64,000 nt of DNA from Pseudomonadota bacterium (GTDB lineage Bacteria > Pseudomonadota > Gammaproteobacteria > Burkholderiales > Burkholderiaceae_C): positions 2,716 through 66,715 of the forward strand of contig JAJZDV010000001.1 in NCBI GenBank assembly GCA_021846025.1, in the 5' to 3' direction. A program made the translations under genes and the position numbers. The notes under the pieces were generated by a model. It worked only from the letters and a program-made list of their open reading frames with translations, had not been told where the DNA came from and searched no databases. Shown here piece by piece: positions 33,381 through 44,079 of the stretch; the stretch's first letter is position 1; the number at the start of each line of letters is the position of its first letter.

Positions 33381-33469
33381 GGAATTCCTGCTGATCAACC
33401 TCGATCCTGCATGACTCACCCGGGTTTGCGGGGGTAGACAAAGCCACACTCCTGTATCAAAATGTGACC

Positions 33470-33532
33470 GAGCTCTAAACGGCTCTTTCAGGGAGTGTGC
33501 AATTCACCCGGGCTCTGCCCGGGTATTTTTTT
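33470..33532 (+). ncRNA. Candidate small RNA (~60 nt)
   Basis: TAGACA-N17-CAAAAT promoter-like motif (33435-33463), short hairpin, purine-rich single strand, strong terminator; no ORF. Confidence 0.4.
33506..33532 (+). terminator. Rho-independent terminator
   Basis: ACCCGGGC-tct-GCCCGGGT followed by A-TTTTTTT. Confidence 0.85.
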
Positions 33533-33721
33533 GCTCGTCTGTCCCCCGGCCTTCGGCACAACCCCAAGCTTACGGTTTCACTCACTGGCCAGGACCTTGC
33601 ACGATGCAGCAGAGCTCTTTCGACTGCTCCAGCAATCCGACGGCTGAAGGCCAACGCGCGCATGGATGCAGACGCATAATCTGCTCTGGCATGTCTGCAC
33701 ACAGCAAAGAGGTTGAAGTTC

Positions 33722-34150
33722 ATGGCTCATACAGTTCCCCAACCAACGCAGTTGACGGTTCACCGCCAGTCGCGCGATCTGGAAATCGCTTTTGACGACG
33801 GCATGGTGTTTCGGCTTGCGTTCGAACTGCTGCGGGTCTACTCACCTTCTGCCGAAGTGCGTGGACATGGCCCCGGCCAGGAAACCCTGCAGACAGGCAA
33901 GCGCGATGTGTTGATCAATCAGTTGGAACCTGTCGGCAATTACGCCGTGCAACCGACCTTTTCCGACGGGCACGACACGGGCATCTTCACCTGGGACTAC
34001 TTGTATTTCCTGGGCTCAGAACAGCAGCGGTTATGGAGTGACTACCTGGAGCGGCTTGCCGCCGCGAACGTCGACCGCGATGCCTTGATGGCGACGGTCG
34101 AGGCTGCATCGAGTGGTGGCTGTGGGCATGGAGCGCACCATGGCCATTGA
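33722..34150 (+). CDS. DUF971 / gamma-butyrobetaine hydroxylase-like N-terminal domain protein
   Basis: [42 protein letters not shown]; His-rich C-terminus. Confidence 0.9.
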   Translation: MAHTVPQPTQLTVHRQSRDLEIAFDDGMVFRLAFELLRVYSPSAEVRGHGPGQETLQTGKRDVLINQLEPVGNYAVQPTFSDGHDTGIFTWDYLYFLGSEQQRLWSDYLERLAAANVDRDALMATVEAASSGGCGHGAHHGH

Positions 34151-34889
34151 AACCAGCGGCACGAGCACGGACTTCGGCTTCGAGACCGTACCCGAGCATG
34201 AAAAGGCGTTGCGTGTCGCCCAGGTTTTCGACTCGGTCGCGCCACGCTACAACCTGATGAACGATTTGATGAGCGCGGGTCTTCATCGGGGCTGGAAAGC
34301 CTTTACGGTGGCGCTGGCAGGGGTGCGCCCCGGTCAGCGTGTGCTCGACATCGCCTCGGGCACTGGCGACTTGGCGCGGGCATTTGCGTCGCAAGTCGAA
34401 CCGGGTGGTCTGGTGGTGTCGACCGACATCAATGGCGCCATGCTGGCCGAGGGACGCGCCCAGTTGGAAGATTCGGGCCTGTGTGTGCCGGCAGCGCTCT
34501 GCGACGCGGAAGTCCTTCCATTTCCCGATGACAGCTTTGACCGCGTCAGTGTGGCTTTTGGCCTGCGCAACATGACCCACAAGGACCTTGCGCTCGCGGA
34601 AATGCGCCGCGTGCTGAAGCCCGGCGGGACACTGCTTGTCCTGGAGTTTTCCCGTCCCTGGGAACCGTTGCGTGGCATCTATGACTGGTACTCTTTCAAC
34701 ATCCTGCCGCGGCTGGGCCGGTGGGTCGCTGGCGATGCTGACAGTTACCGCTACTTGGCTGAGTCGATCCGCCGCCACCCGGATCAGGCCGGCTTGAAGA
34801 GCTTGATGCTCAAAGCGGGATTCGTCAAGGTCGACTGGTACAACCTGTCGGCTGGAGTCGTCGCGTTGCATATCGGCCTCAAGGCTTGA
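34140..34889 (+). CDS. ubiE: Ubiquinone/menaquinone C-methyltransferase
   Basis: [47 protein letters not shown]. Confidence 0.96.
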   Translation: MAIETSGTSTDFGFETVPEHEKALRVAQVFDSVAPRYNLMNDLMSAGLHRGWKAFTVALAGVRPGQRVLDIASGTGDLARAFASQVEPGGLVVSTDINGAMLAEGRAQLEDSGLCVPAALCDAEVLPFPDDSFDRVSVAFGLRNMTHKDLALAEMRRVLKPGGTLLVLEFSRPWEPLRGIYDWYSFNILPRLGRWVAGDADSYRYLAESIRRHPDQAGLKSLMLKAGFVKVDWYNLSAGVVALHIGLKA

Positions 34890-34965
34890 GAGAACATAAA
34901 TTTTTCGACGAGGGTGAACTTTTCCGGTGATTTTGGTAACAAAATGTAGGTATTCACAACCGGGC

Positions 34966-35871
34966 ATGATCATGAACAAGCATTGGACCCTTCTCGTTCT
35001 CGGCATCAGCCTCGTGCTGACCTCCACTCTTTTTGTCGCCGAAGCACAGGCCAAGCGCATGGGAGGAGGCAAAACCCTGGGACGCCAAAACAGCGGATTG
35101 CTGCAACGGCAACAGGCGACTCCAGCCCCTGCTGCGGCTCCAAGGCAGTCAGCCGCGCCTTCAGCAGCCACTCCTCGCCCAGCCAGCCGTTGGGGCGGCC
35201 TGCTCGGCGGCTTGGCGGCCGGCATAGGGCTGGCGGCGTTGTTCCATGCATTCGGCTTCGGTGCAGGCCTGGCCTCCTTCGTCACCGCTCTCCTGATGGC
35301 AGGCTTGGTGGTGGGAGCGGGGGTATTCCTGTTGCGACTTGTCCGCCGCTCTGGCGCCGTCTCCATGCCGCAGCCGGCGGGAATGCCACGTGGTGCTTAT
35401 GACGCTGCTCAACTCGGGCCTGAGTCTTATCTTCCCCCGCAGCGTTTCGAGGGGACACAAGCCCTGGCTGCCAATGTCGGCGCGGTTCAGGGCTCGATTC
35501 CGGCAGATTTCGATCAGCGCGCATTCCTGAACAAGGCGCGTGAGCATTACTACCAGCTGCAAAAAGCCTGGGATGCAGGCGACCTGCACGGCATCGAGTC
35601 TTACAGCACACCTGAATTCTTCGCGCAACTCAAGTCGGAGATCGAACAGCGTGCGGGTGCGCAGAACCACACCGATGTGGTCACACTCGAAGCGGTGCTG
35701 CTGGATCTGCAGCAACTCGACGATGAATATCTTGCGAGCGTCGAATTCTCCGGGCTAGTCCGCGAGGAAAGCTGGGGTGGTGCGCAGCCGGTACGCGAGG
35801 TCTGGAACTTGGTTAAGCCCGTTTCTGGCAGCAGGGGGTGGCTGCTGGCCGGAATTCAGCAGTTGGGCTGA
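34966..35871 (+). CDS. Tim44-like domain membrane protein
   Basis: Signal ..AEAKRMGGG, Gly-rich TM hairpin, C-terminal LQKAWD...EVWNL.KP...WLLAGIQQ; start 34966 or 34972. Confidence 0.88.
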   Translation: MIMNKHWTLLVLGISLVLTSTLFVAEAQAKRMGGGKTLGRQNSGLLQRQQATPAPAAAPRQSAAPSAATPRPASRWGGLLGGLAAGIGLAALFHAFGFGAGLASFVTALLMAGLVVGAGVFLLRLVRRSGAVSMPQPAGMPRGAYDAAQLGPESYLPPQRFEGTQALAANVGAVQGSIPADFDQRAFLNKAREHYYQLQKAWDAGDLHGIESYSTPEFFAQLKSEIEQRAGAQNHTDVVTLEAVLLDLQQLDDEYLASVEFSGLVREESWGGAQPVREVWNLVKPVSGSRGWLLAGIQQLG

Positions 35872-36190
35872 ATTTTTTGCGGCTCGAAGCTGCCCCTTCC
35901 TGAGGCAACACTTTCGCCAGCCAGTTCCGCTTGGCGTAGGTCGCAGGGCTCAGCCTCTGGAGACCACCGACATGACTCAAGGGTGCGGGCCCACATCGGC
36001 CCCACTCCTGAGCGTGGATGACCATCGCATGACAGTCTCCAGCGGCATTGGGCGATGGCGTCTGCCGAACTCGGCAGCGCATTGAACGGCCCTCGACATG
36101 GGGGTGGGGCGTGACACGTGCACAACCCTGGCTCGCTGCTCTGGGGTTGCTCCAGACTCCTAGAATGGATGCTGGATTGCCAACCATCCT

Positions 36191-36850
36191 ATGTCCAGCA
36201 CAGACCGAAGCCCCACTTTGCCTTGGCCAGACCGCATGCAGGAGCGCGCTGCACGGCTTGTGACCCAAGTCATCAACCACCTCATCCGCCAGGAGCCGCA
36301 GGCCGAGGAGCGCATGCGAGCGCACATCGGCAAGCATTTGGCTCTGCATATTGCGGGCCGAACTGCCGTCTTTCAGATCGCTCCGACGGGAGAGTTTGCA
36401 CCAAGGCAGACCCAGGAGCAGGCTCAATTGCCGGAACTCAAGCTTGACATCGACCCTACCGCCGTTTTGGCGTCCCGATGGCGTGGGCAAGCGCTGGGGC
36501 TGGCAGGCGTGTGCATCACGGGCGATGCCGAATTTGCCCAGGCGGTTTCCTGGCTGTTCGGCCATTTGCGCTGGGATGCTGAGGATGACCTGGCCCCACT
36601 CTTTGGCGACCTGGCAGCACATCGACTGGCTCGTGCCGGGCGTGAAGCGTTAGCCCAGGGGCGGCGCCTTCGCCTGCAAGCCGAGGCCGACACAAAAGAC
36701 TGGTTGACGGAGGCGCCGCGCGCGCTGGTTGGCCGTGTCGAACTCACGGCCTGCAGTGTCGAATTGGCACAGCTGCGTGACGCCACCGCCAGGCTTGAAA
36801 AACGCGTTCAGATACTCGCGCGCCGCACCGCTCCCATCGCGCGGAACTGA
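36191..36850 (+). CDS. ubiJ: Ubiquinone biosynthesis accessory factor UbiJ (SCP2 domain)
   Basis: INHLIRQEP, ITGDAEFA, LRWDAEDDLA..GD.AAH, C-terminal coiled coil; precedes ubiB. Confidence 0.85.
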   Translation: MSSTDRSPTLPWPDRMQERAARLVTQVINHLIRQEPQAEERMRAHIGKHLALHIAGRTAVFQIAPTGEFAPRQTQEQAQLPELKLDIDPTAVLASRWRGQALGLAGVCITGDAEFAQAVSWLFGHLRWDAEDDLAPLFGDLAAHRLARAGREALAQGRRLRLQAEADTKDWLTEAPRALVGRVELTACSVELAQLRDATARLEKRVQILARRTAPIARN

Positions 36851-36853
36851 GGG

Positions 36854-38425
36854 ATGCGCCGCCTTCTGCGTTTGTTGCGCATCGCCACCGTTGCCCATCG
36901 CTACGGGCTTGATCAACTTGTTCTCAGCGGTTTTCGCCAGCGTTGGTTGCGGCTCCTGGCGAGTACTCTAGCCATAGGCCGCAAGCTTGATGCGCCGCGA
37001 GGGCAGCGCCTGCGCCTAGCGCTGGAAAGCCTGGGGCCGATCTTCGTCAAGTTCGGACAAATGCTGTCCACACGGCGCGATCTTCTGCCCACCGATATCG
37101 CCGACGAACTCGCCAAGCTGCAGGATCGCGTCCCGCCTTTCGACTCCGACCAGGCTGTGACGCTGATCGAGCAGGCCCTGGGCCAGCCCTTGTCCAAGCT
37201 GTTTGCCAGCGTTGACCGTACTCCTGTCGCCAGCGCCTCCATTGCCCAAGTGCATTTCGCGGTGCTGCCGGTTGAGCAAGGCGGGCACGAGGTGGCGGTC
37301 AAGGTGCTGCGACCTGGCATGCGCAAAATCATCGACCAGGATCTGGAGTTGATGCAGACCCTGGCTGCCTGGGTCGAGCGCGCCTGGTCCGATGGCAAGC
37401 GCCTCAAGCCCCGCGAAGTGGTGGCCGAGTTCGATAAATATCTGCACGATGAACTCGACCTTGTTCGCGAGGCGGCCAATGCGGCGCAACTGCGACGCAA
37501 TATGGATGGCCTGGGGTTGGTCCTGATTCCGCAGATGGTCTGGGACCTTTGCACCGAAAGCGTGATCGTGATGGAACGCATGCACGGCGTGCCGATCAGT
37601 CAGATTGATCGCTTGCGTGAGGCTGGCGTGGACATCCACAAGCTGGCGCAGAGCGGGGTCGAAATCTTTTTCACCCAGGTGTTTCGCGATGGCTTTTTCC
37701 ATGCCGACATGCATCCGGGCAACATCATGGTCAGCCTCGCGCCCGAGACGTTTGGCTGGTATATCGCGCTGGACTTCGGCATCATCGGCACGCTGTCGGA
37801 ATTCGACAAGGACTACCTGGCACAGAATTTCATCGCCTTTTTCCGGCGCGATTACCGGCGAGTGGCCGAGTTGCATCTCGAATCCGGCTGGGTTCCGGCC
37901 GAGGTGCGCGTCGACGAACTGGAGGCAGCGGTCCGGACCGTATGCGAGCCGCAGTTCGAACGCCCGCTGAAAGATCTTTCGCTGGGACAGATTCTGCTGC
38001 GACTGTTCCAGGTGTCGCGTCGCTTCAAGGTGGAAATTCAGCCACAACTCGTGCTGTTGCAAAAAACCCTGTTGAATGTCGAAGGCTTGGGTCGACAACT
38101 CGACCCTGACCTGGATCTCTGGAACACCGCCCAGCCTTTCCTCAAGCGCTGGATGCAGAGCCAGGTTGGATGGCGCGCATTGCGCGACCATCTGCAAAAA
38201 GAGGCGCCACGCTTCGCCCAGTACTTCCCGGCCTTGCCCCGCATGATCCATCACGCCCTGGAACATGCGCAACAGCCGCTTGAGCGCGAGCAAACACGCC
38301 AGTTGCTGCAGGAACAACGGCGGACCAATGCGCTGCTGCAGGGCCTGATCGGTTTCGTCGTCGGGCTGGTGCTCTTTCTCGTGTTGCTGGCTTTGTGGAA
38401 TGCGCGCCAATGGCTTGGGGTATGA
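36854..38425 (+). CDS. ubiB: Ubiquinone biosynthesis protein kinase-like UbiB
   Basis: [51 protein letters not shown]. Confidence 0.96.
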   Translation: MRRLLRLLRIATVAHRYGLDQLVLSGFRQRWLRLLASTLAIGRKLDAPRGQRLRLALESLGPIFVKFGQMLSTRRDLLPTDIADELAKLQDRVPPFDSDQAVTLIEQALGQPLSKLFASVDRTPVASASIAQVHFAVLPVEQGGHEVAVKVLRPGMRKIIDQDLELMQTLAAWVERAWSDGKRLKPREVVAEFDKYLHDELDLVREAANAAQLRRNMDGLGLVLIPQMVWDLCTESVIVMERMHGVPISQIDRLREAGVDIHKLAQSGVEIFFTQVFRDGFFHADMHPGNIMVSLAPETFGWYIALDFGIIGTLSEFDKDYLAQNFIAFFRRDYRRVAELHLESGWVPAEVRVDELEAAVRTVCEPQFERPLKDLSLGQILLRLFQVSRRFKVEIQPQLVLLQKTLLNVEGLGRQLDPDLDLWNTAQPFLKRWMQSQVGWRALRDHLQKEAPRFAQYFPALPRMIHHALEHAQQPLEREQTRQLLQEQRRTNALLQGLIGFVVGLVLFLVLLALWNARQWLGV

Positions 38426-38429
38426 ACCG

Positions 38430-39284
38430 ATGAACCTTGTGCAACTCAGGGAAGCAGAGCAATGGCCGGCGCTCGGCCTGGGTACATGGCGCTTCGGTGA
38501 AGCCGCGGCGCGCCGTGCCGACGAAGTCGCTGCCGTGCGCCGTGCACTGGAACTCGGCTACCGCGTGTTGGATACGGCCGAGATGTACGGCGAGGGTGGT
38601 GCCGAGCGCGTGGTGGGCGAGGCCCTGGCCGGCGCCATGCGCGAGGGCGTTGTCCAACGCGAGCAAGTGTTGGTGGTCAGCAAGGTCTACCCGCATCACG
38701 CCGGCACCGCGGGTGTCCAGGCTGCCTGCGAGCGCAGTCTGCGCCGACTCGGATTGGAGCAGATCGATCTGTACTTGTTGCACTGGCGCGGCAGTGTGCC
38801 CCTGCAGGAGACGCTGGATGGATTCGCCCGTCTGGTTGCCGCGGGCCGGATCCGCCATTGGGGTGTGAGCAATTTCGACCTGCAGGACATGCACGAATTG
38901 CTGCGGCTGGACGGTGGTCGCGACTGCGCGACGAATCAGGTTTATTACGCCGCCAGCAGTCGTGGCGTCGAATTCGATTTGTTGCCCTGGATGCAAACTC
39001 AGCGCATGCCGCTGATGGCCTACAGCCCTCTGGACGAAGGCAAACTCGCTCGCGATGTCCGTCTGGCCGCACTGGCTCAAACGCTGGGGCTCAGCGCAGC
39101 ACAACTCGCCCTCGCCTGGGTGTTGCGGCAGCCTGGGGTGATGGCCATTCCCAAAGCGGGGAGCCAGCAACATCTGCGCGATAACCTTGCGGCTGCCTCG
39201 ACAACCTTGGACGCGGCTACCCGCCACGTCATCGATCGGATGTTCCCGCTGCCACGAGGCAAGCAGCCGCTGGCCATGATTTGA
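38430..39284 (+). CDS. Aldo/keto reductase (YeaE-like)
   Basis: LGLGTW, DTAEMYG, SKVYP, IDLYLLHW, GVSNF, AYSPL, AIPK. Confidence 0.92.
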   Translation: MNLVQLREAEQWPALGLGTWRFGEAAARRADEVAAVRRALELGYRVLDTAEMYGEGGAERVVGEALAGAMREGVVQREQVLVVSKVYPHHAGTAGVQAACERSLRRLGLEQIDLYLLHWRGSVPLQETLDGFARLVAAGRIRHWGVSNFDLQDMHELLRLDGGRDCATNQVYYAASSRGVEFDLLPWMQTQRMPLMAYSPLDEGKLARDVRLAALAQTLGLSAAQLALAWVLRQPGVMAIPKAGSQQHLRDNLAAASTTLDAATRHVIDRMFPLPRGKQPLAMI

Positions 39285-39309
39285 GCGCTCCAGGATCGAG
39301 CGCTCCGGC

Positions 39310-39597
39310 TCAAGCCAATGCAGCGTATGCGTGAATTTCGGGGGGCGCGGCCAGGTGGGGGCCTGCCTGTGCCATGGCGGCAGCAATATGCGCTGTGCGC
39401 ATGTGGGCCTCGGCGCTGGCTTGGTCAAGCCACTGCTCCACGGTCATGAAAACGGTTGGCTCATCGTCACGCTGGAACAATGTGTAGAGTTTGCAGCCGG
39501 GTTCCTGCCGCGTGTGACGCACCAGCTCAAGCAGGGCGGCGCGAACCTGCTCGGTGCTGCCGGGTTTGGCCGTGATGCGTGCCAGGATGTGGATCAT
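39310..39597 (-). CDS. Antibiotic biosynthesis monooxygenase (ABM) family protein
   Basis: 95 aa; TRQEPGC..Y, E.W, AHMRTAH. Confidence 0.85.
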   Translation of the reverse strand: MIHILARITAKPGSTEQVRAALLELVRHTRQEPGCKLYTLFQRDDEPTVFMTVEQWLDQASAEAHMRTAHIAAAMAQAGPHLAAPPEIHAYAALA

Positions 39598-39625
39598 GGT
39601 TCAGTCCTTGGTCGAGGTGGATGGA

Positions 39626-42600
39626 CTACATGCTGCGGCGGTACTGCCCGCCGACTTCAAACAGGGCATTGGTGATCTGTCCCAGGCTGCAAACCCGCAC
39701 CGCTTCCATCAGCACGGCGAACACATTGCGGTTGTCGATCACCGACTGTTGCAGGATCTGCAACATGGCCGGGGCTGCGGCAGCATGGCGCTGCTGGAAG
39801 TCGGCCAGGCGGCGCAGCTGCGACTCTTTTTCCTGCTCGGTGGAGCGTGCCAGTTCGAGGTGAGCCGAGACCGCCTCGCCATGCAGGTTGCGGAACGTGT
39901 TGACACCGACGATGGGCAACTCGCCGGTGTGCTTGAGCATTTCGTAATGCATGCTCTCTTCCTGGATCTTGCCCCGCTGGTAGCCGGTTTCCATCGCCCC
40001 CAGCACCCCGCCACGGTCGGCGATGGCTTCAAACTCCTTGAGCACGGCTTCTTCCACGAGGTCGGTCAGTTCCTCGATGATGAACGCGCCCTGGTTCGGG
40101 TTCTCGCACTTGGCCAGTCCCCACTCGCGGTTGATGATGAGCTGGATCGCCATGGCGCGCCGCACGCTCTCCTCGGTGGGCGTGGTGATGGCCTCGTCGT
40201 AGGCATTGGTGTGCAGGCTGTTGCAGTTGTCGTAGATGGCGATGAGCGCCTGCAGCGTGGTGCGAATATCGTTGAACGCGATCTCCTGCGCGTGCAGGCT
40301 GCGACCACTGGTCTGCACGTGGTACTTGAGTTTCTGACTGCGCTCGTTCGCACCGTACTTGTCACGCATGGCAACGGCCCAGATGCGCCTCGCCACACGT
40401 CCCAGCACGCTGTACTCCGGATCCATGCCGTTGCTGAAAAAGAAGCTCAGGTTGGGGGCGAAATCGTCGATGTGCATGCCACGAGCCAGGTACGCCTCGA
40501 CGAAAGTGAAACCGTTGCTCAGCGTGAACGCGAGCTGCGAAATGGGGTTGGCCCCTGCCTCGGCAATGTGGTAGCCGCTGATGCTCACCGAGTAGAAATT
40601 GCGCACCTTGTGGTGCACGAAATAGTCCTGGATGTCGCCCATGACCTTGAGCGAGAACTCGGTGGAGAAGATGCAGGTGTTCTGTCCCTGGTCTTCTTTC
40701 AGGATGTCGGCCTGCACCGTGCCGCGGACGTTTTCCAGCACCCAGGCCTGGATTTTTTGCGCTTCGTCGTCGGTCGGTTCGCGGCCGTTGTCAGCCAGGA
40801 ATTTGGCCAGTTGCTGGTCGATGGCCGTGTTCAGGAACATCGCCAGGATGGTCGGCGCGGGGCCGTTGATGGTCATGCTCACGCTGGTGGCAGGTTCGCA
40901 CAGGTCGAAGCCGTCGTACAGCGCCTTGAGGTCGTCGAGCGTGGCGATGCTCACGCCCGAGTTGCCCACCTTGCCGTAGATGTCGGGGCGGCGGTCGGGG
41001 TCGGCACCGTACAACGTGACCGAGTCGAAGGCGGTCGACAGCCGCTTGGCGGGCATGCCGGCGGAGAGCAGCTTGAAGCGGCGGTTGGTGCGGAACGGGT
41101 CGCCTTCGCCGGCGAACATGCGGGTGGGGTCCTCGTTGCCTTGACCCGAACCACTGCGCTTGAACGCGAAGGTGCCCGCGGTGTAGGGAAAGCTGCCGGG
41201 CACGTTGTCGCGCATCAGCCAGCGCAGGACCTCTCCATGGTCTTCATACTTCGGCAGTACGACTTTGCGCACCGTGGTGCCTGACAGCGTGGTGTGGGTG
41301 AGGGCGGTACGCATTTCACGGTCGCGGATCTTCACCACGTATTCTTGGCCCGCATAGGCCTGCTGCATCTGCGGCCACATCGCCAGCAGCTTGCGCGCGG
41401 CCGGCAGCATTTTTGCCTCGCGTTGTTCCGCCAGATCGTTGACGGCTTCGACCGCGGCAACCTTGTTGGGGTTGGCCGCGTGCAGCATGCGACCGCTGGC
41501 GCGCAACTGCTGTGTTTCGCGTGCCAGTGTCACCTGCTCCTCGACGCTGCGGTGATAGCCGCGCACGCTGTCGGAGATTTCGGCCAGGTAACGGCCACGT
41601 GCAGCGGGAACGATGGGGGTCTGGTGGGTGCTGTGGCGAGTGGCCACGAGCGGCAAACGCCCAGCCTTGCACTGCAGGCCATGTTCGGCCAGGCGCAGCT
41701 TGATCGCCTGGTGCAGCGCAGTCACGCCGTCGTCGTTGAAGCGGCTGGCCATGGTGCCGAACACGGGCAAATCTTCGGGCTTGGTGGCCCACGCTTCGCG
41801 GTTGCGCTGCAACTGTTTGGCCACGTCGCGCAGCGCATCCATCGCGCCTTTGCGGTCGAATTTGTTGATGGCGACAAAGTCGGCGAAGTCCAGCATGTCG
41901 ATTTTTTCGAGCTGGCTGGCCGCGCCGAACTCCGGTGTCATGACGTACAGACTGGCGTCGGCATGCGGCACGATGGCCGCATCGCCCTGACCGATGCCGG
42001 AGGTCTCGACGATGATGAGATCGAAACCCGCTGCCTTGCAGGCGGCGATCACGTCAGGCAGTGCCTTGCTGATTTCGCTTCCCGCCTCGCGCGTGGCCAG
42101 GCTGCGCATGAAGACGCCATTCCCCATCCCACGCTCACGCGCGGGCCGTGGAGGAGTGGCCAGCTCGTTCGCCCCTTGCGGCGGGGCTTGGGGAGGGGAG
42201 CCAGTTCGCTGCCACGGCCCAATCGCGTTCATGCGGATCCGGTCGCCCAGCAGCGCACCCCCGCTCTTGCGCCGCGAGGGGTCGATGCTGATCACGCCGA
42301 TGCGAAGGGTGTCGTCCTGGTCAAGCCGCAGACGGCGAATCAGTTCGTCCACCAGGCTGCTCTTGCCGGCGCCCCCGGTGCCGGTCACACCCAGCACCAC
42401 CCCATGCGCGGCTTCGGCCATCGTGTGCAGGTCGCGCAGTAGCGCAGCGTCAGCAGCGCCGTTGTCGAGTTGAGTGATGACGCGCGCCAGCACGGTCGTA
42501 TCCGTCCCGAGCGCCTGCAACTCCTGTTGGCTGTTCAGTGCAGGCAGGGCTTTGTCGGCGCGCATCAGCATGTCGCCGATCATCCCCTGCAGCCCGAGGT

Positions 42601-43003
42601 TCTGGCCGTCCTCGGGGCTGTAGATGCGAGTCACGCCATAGCCCTGCAGTGCGGCGATTTCGTCAGGCACGATCACGCCGCCGCCGCCGCCGAACACCTG
42701 AATGTGTCCGGCGCCTTGCGCGCGCAGCCGGTCGATCATGTAGCGGAAAAATTCCACATGCCCGCCCTGGTAGCTGGAGATGGCGATGCCATGCGCGTCT
42801 TCCTGAATGGCCGCGGTGACGATGTCATCGACTGAGCGGTTGTGGCCCAGGTGCACCACCTCGGCGCCCATGCTGATGAGGATGCGCCGCATGATGTTGA
42901 TGGCCGCGTCGTGCCCGTCGAACAGCGCCGCGGCTGTCACAAAGCGCAGCCGCTGCTGTGGACGGTAGGCGGCCAGCACTTTGGCGTCGGACAGGTCGGT
43001 CAT
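39626..43003 (-). CDS. icmF: Fused isobutyryl-CoA mutase / MeaI GTPase chaperone
   Basis: N-terminal B12 domain (FDGHD, SSYQGGH), GTPase ([17 protein letters not shown]), mutase barrel ([20 protein letters not shown]); ATG 43003 with AAGGAG RBS. Confidence 0.95.
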   Translation of the reverse strand: MTDLSDAKVLAAYRPQQRLRFVTAAALFDGHDAAINIMRRILISMGAEVVHLGHNRSVDDIVTAAIQEDAHGIAISSYQGGHVEFFRYMIDRLRAQGAGHIQVFGGGGGVIVPDEIAALQGYGVTRIYSPEDGQNLGLQGMIGDMLMRADKALPALNSQQELQALGTDTTVLARVITQLDNGAADAALLRDLHTMAEAAHGVVLGVTGTGGAGKSSLVDELIRRLRLDQDDTLRIGVISIDPSRRKSGGALLGDRIRMNAIGPWQRTGSPPQAPPQGANELATPPRPARERGMGNGVFMRSLATREAGSEISKALPDVIAACKAAGFDLIIVETSGIGQGDAAIVPHADASLYVMTPEFGAASQLEKIDMLDFADFVAINKFDRKGAMDALRDVAKQLQRNREAWATKPEDLPVFGTMASRFNDDGVTALHQAIKLRLAEHGLQCKAGRLPLVATRHSTHQTPIVPAARGRYLAEISDSVRGYHRSVEEQVTLARETQQLRASGRMLHAANPNKVAAVEAVNDLAEQREAKMLPAARKLLAMWPQMQQAYAGQEYVVKIRDREMRTALTHTTLSGTTVRKVVLPKYEDHGEVLRWLMRDNVPGSFPYTAGTFAFKRSGSGQGNEDPTRMFAGEGDPFRTNRRFKLLSAGMPAKRLSTAFDSVTLYGADPDRRPDIYGKVGNSGVSIATLDDLKALYDGFDLCEPATSVSMTINGPAPTILAMFLNTAIDQQLAKFLADNGREPTDDEAQKIQAWVLENVRGTVQADILKEDQGQNTCIFSTEFSLKVMGDIQDYFVHHKVRNFYSVSISGYHIAEAGANPISQLAFTLSNGFTFVEAYLARGMHIDDFAPNLSFFFSNGMDPEYSVLGRVARRIWAVAMRDKYGANERSQKLKYHVQTSGRSLHAQEIAFNDIRTTLQALIAIYDNCNSLHTNAYDEAITTPTEESVRRAMAIQLIINREWGLAKCENPNQGAFIIEELTDLVEEAVLKEFEAIADRGGVLGAMETGYQRGKIQEESMHYEMLKHTGELPIVGVNTFRNLHGEAVSAHLELARSTEQEKESQLRRLADFQQRHAAAAPAMLQILQQSVIDNRNVFAVLMEAVRVCSLGQITNALFEVGGQYRRSM

Positions 43004-43088
43004 CGCAGTCTCCTTGAGCGCGGCGTGCATCGCGCCGCGCGCTTCGGTGTTCATCGGTATGCCGGCGCTTGTCGCGGCAGGGGTTGTG

Positions 43089-43106
43089 ATTGACGTATAC
43101 GTCAAT
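43089..43106. promoter_or_regulatory. LiuR-like operator upstream of icmF
   Basis: Perfect 18-bp palindrome ATTGACGTATACGTCAAT just downstream of a minus-strand -10-like TACATT (43117-43112). Confidence 0.75.
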
Positions 43107-43340
43107 TTCCCAATGTAGCGGATTCCAGGCTGTTCCGAAATGCCTGTTTTCGGCGGGGAGACCCTGAAGCGGCGATGAATCTGGTCGTGAATGCCAGCAC
43201 CATCAGACGCCGCCCGGCGGTCTGGAGGCGCATGGCCGCGCTGCAAGCCGGTTGTGGCGCCACACGCCACAGCGCGCCTAACGCATTGCCCCGCATCGGT
43301 CTCACCCCCGGCGCGGGTGCAGAAATGGTGCGAGCAGGTT

Positions 43341-44072
43341 CTAGCAACTGGCCCCGGGGGAGAGGGTCGGTTGCGGCTTGATTGGCGGCGTTGCCCAGTC
43401 GCCGAGCTTGCTGGTGCGAAGGCCAAGCGTCGCTAAAGACTCCACCAGTTTCACGGCGACCGCAACACCATCGATGACAGGTGCGCCGATCTCGTCCGAC
43501 AGCGACCGGCACAGGTCCGTCATCCCGGCGCAACCGAGCACGATGGACTCGCAGCGGTCTTCGCGCAGGGCACGCAGGCACGCATCCCGAATCAGCGCGC
43601 GGGCGTTCTTGGCCGGGTCTTCGAGGTCGAGCACAGGCAGATCGGCGGCACGGACGTTCCTGCAGAAACGCCGCATGCCGTAGCGCTCCGCCAGATGCCA
43701 GGCCATGCCGACAGTGCGCTCCAGGGTCGTCACGACACTGAAGGAATTGGCCACCATGCTGGCGGCATGCATGGCCGCTTGCGCGATGCCGATCACCGGG
43801 CCCCGCGCCTGCTCGCGCGCGGCGTCAAGGCCCGGGTCGCCGAAGCAGGCAATGACATAGCCGTCATACCCCTGCGCCTCGCCCTGCTGAATGCAGTGCA
43901 GCAGGCCGGGCACACACAACGCCTCTTCGGTGTAGCACTCGATGGAAGCAGGAGCGTGCGGCGGATTCACCGCCCTGAGCGTCGTTGCAGGCGCGGCGAC
44001 GCGCGCCGCAGCCTCGCCGATTTTGTGAGTCATGCTGGCGGTCGAGTTGGGATTGACGATCAGGATTTTCAT
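43341..44072 (-). CDS. Asp/Glu/hydantoin racemase family, probable allantoin racemase
   Basis: [17 protein letters not shown] and VLGCAGM catalytic Cys motifs; next to NCS1 permease. Confidence 0.88.
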   Translation of the reverse strand: MKILIVNPNSTASMTHKIGEAAARVAAPATTLRAVNPPHAPASIECYTEEALCVPGLLHCIQQGEAQGYDGYVIACFGDPGLDAAREQARGPVIGIAQAAMHAASMVANSFSVVTTLERTVGMAWHLAERYGMRRFCRNVRAADLPVLDLEDPAKNARALIRDACLRALREDRCESIVLGCAGMTDLCRSLSDEIGAPVIDGVAVAVKLVESLATLGLRTSKLGDWATPPIKPQPTLSPGASC

Positions 44073-44079
44073 GGCTTTT

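Noticed and set aside
43004-43426. 141-aa N-terminal extension of IcmF in the ORF track
   Set aside because: Overlaps the racemase 3' end and spans the promoter/operator; good RBS at ATG 43003
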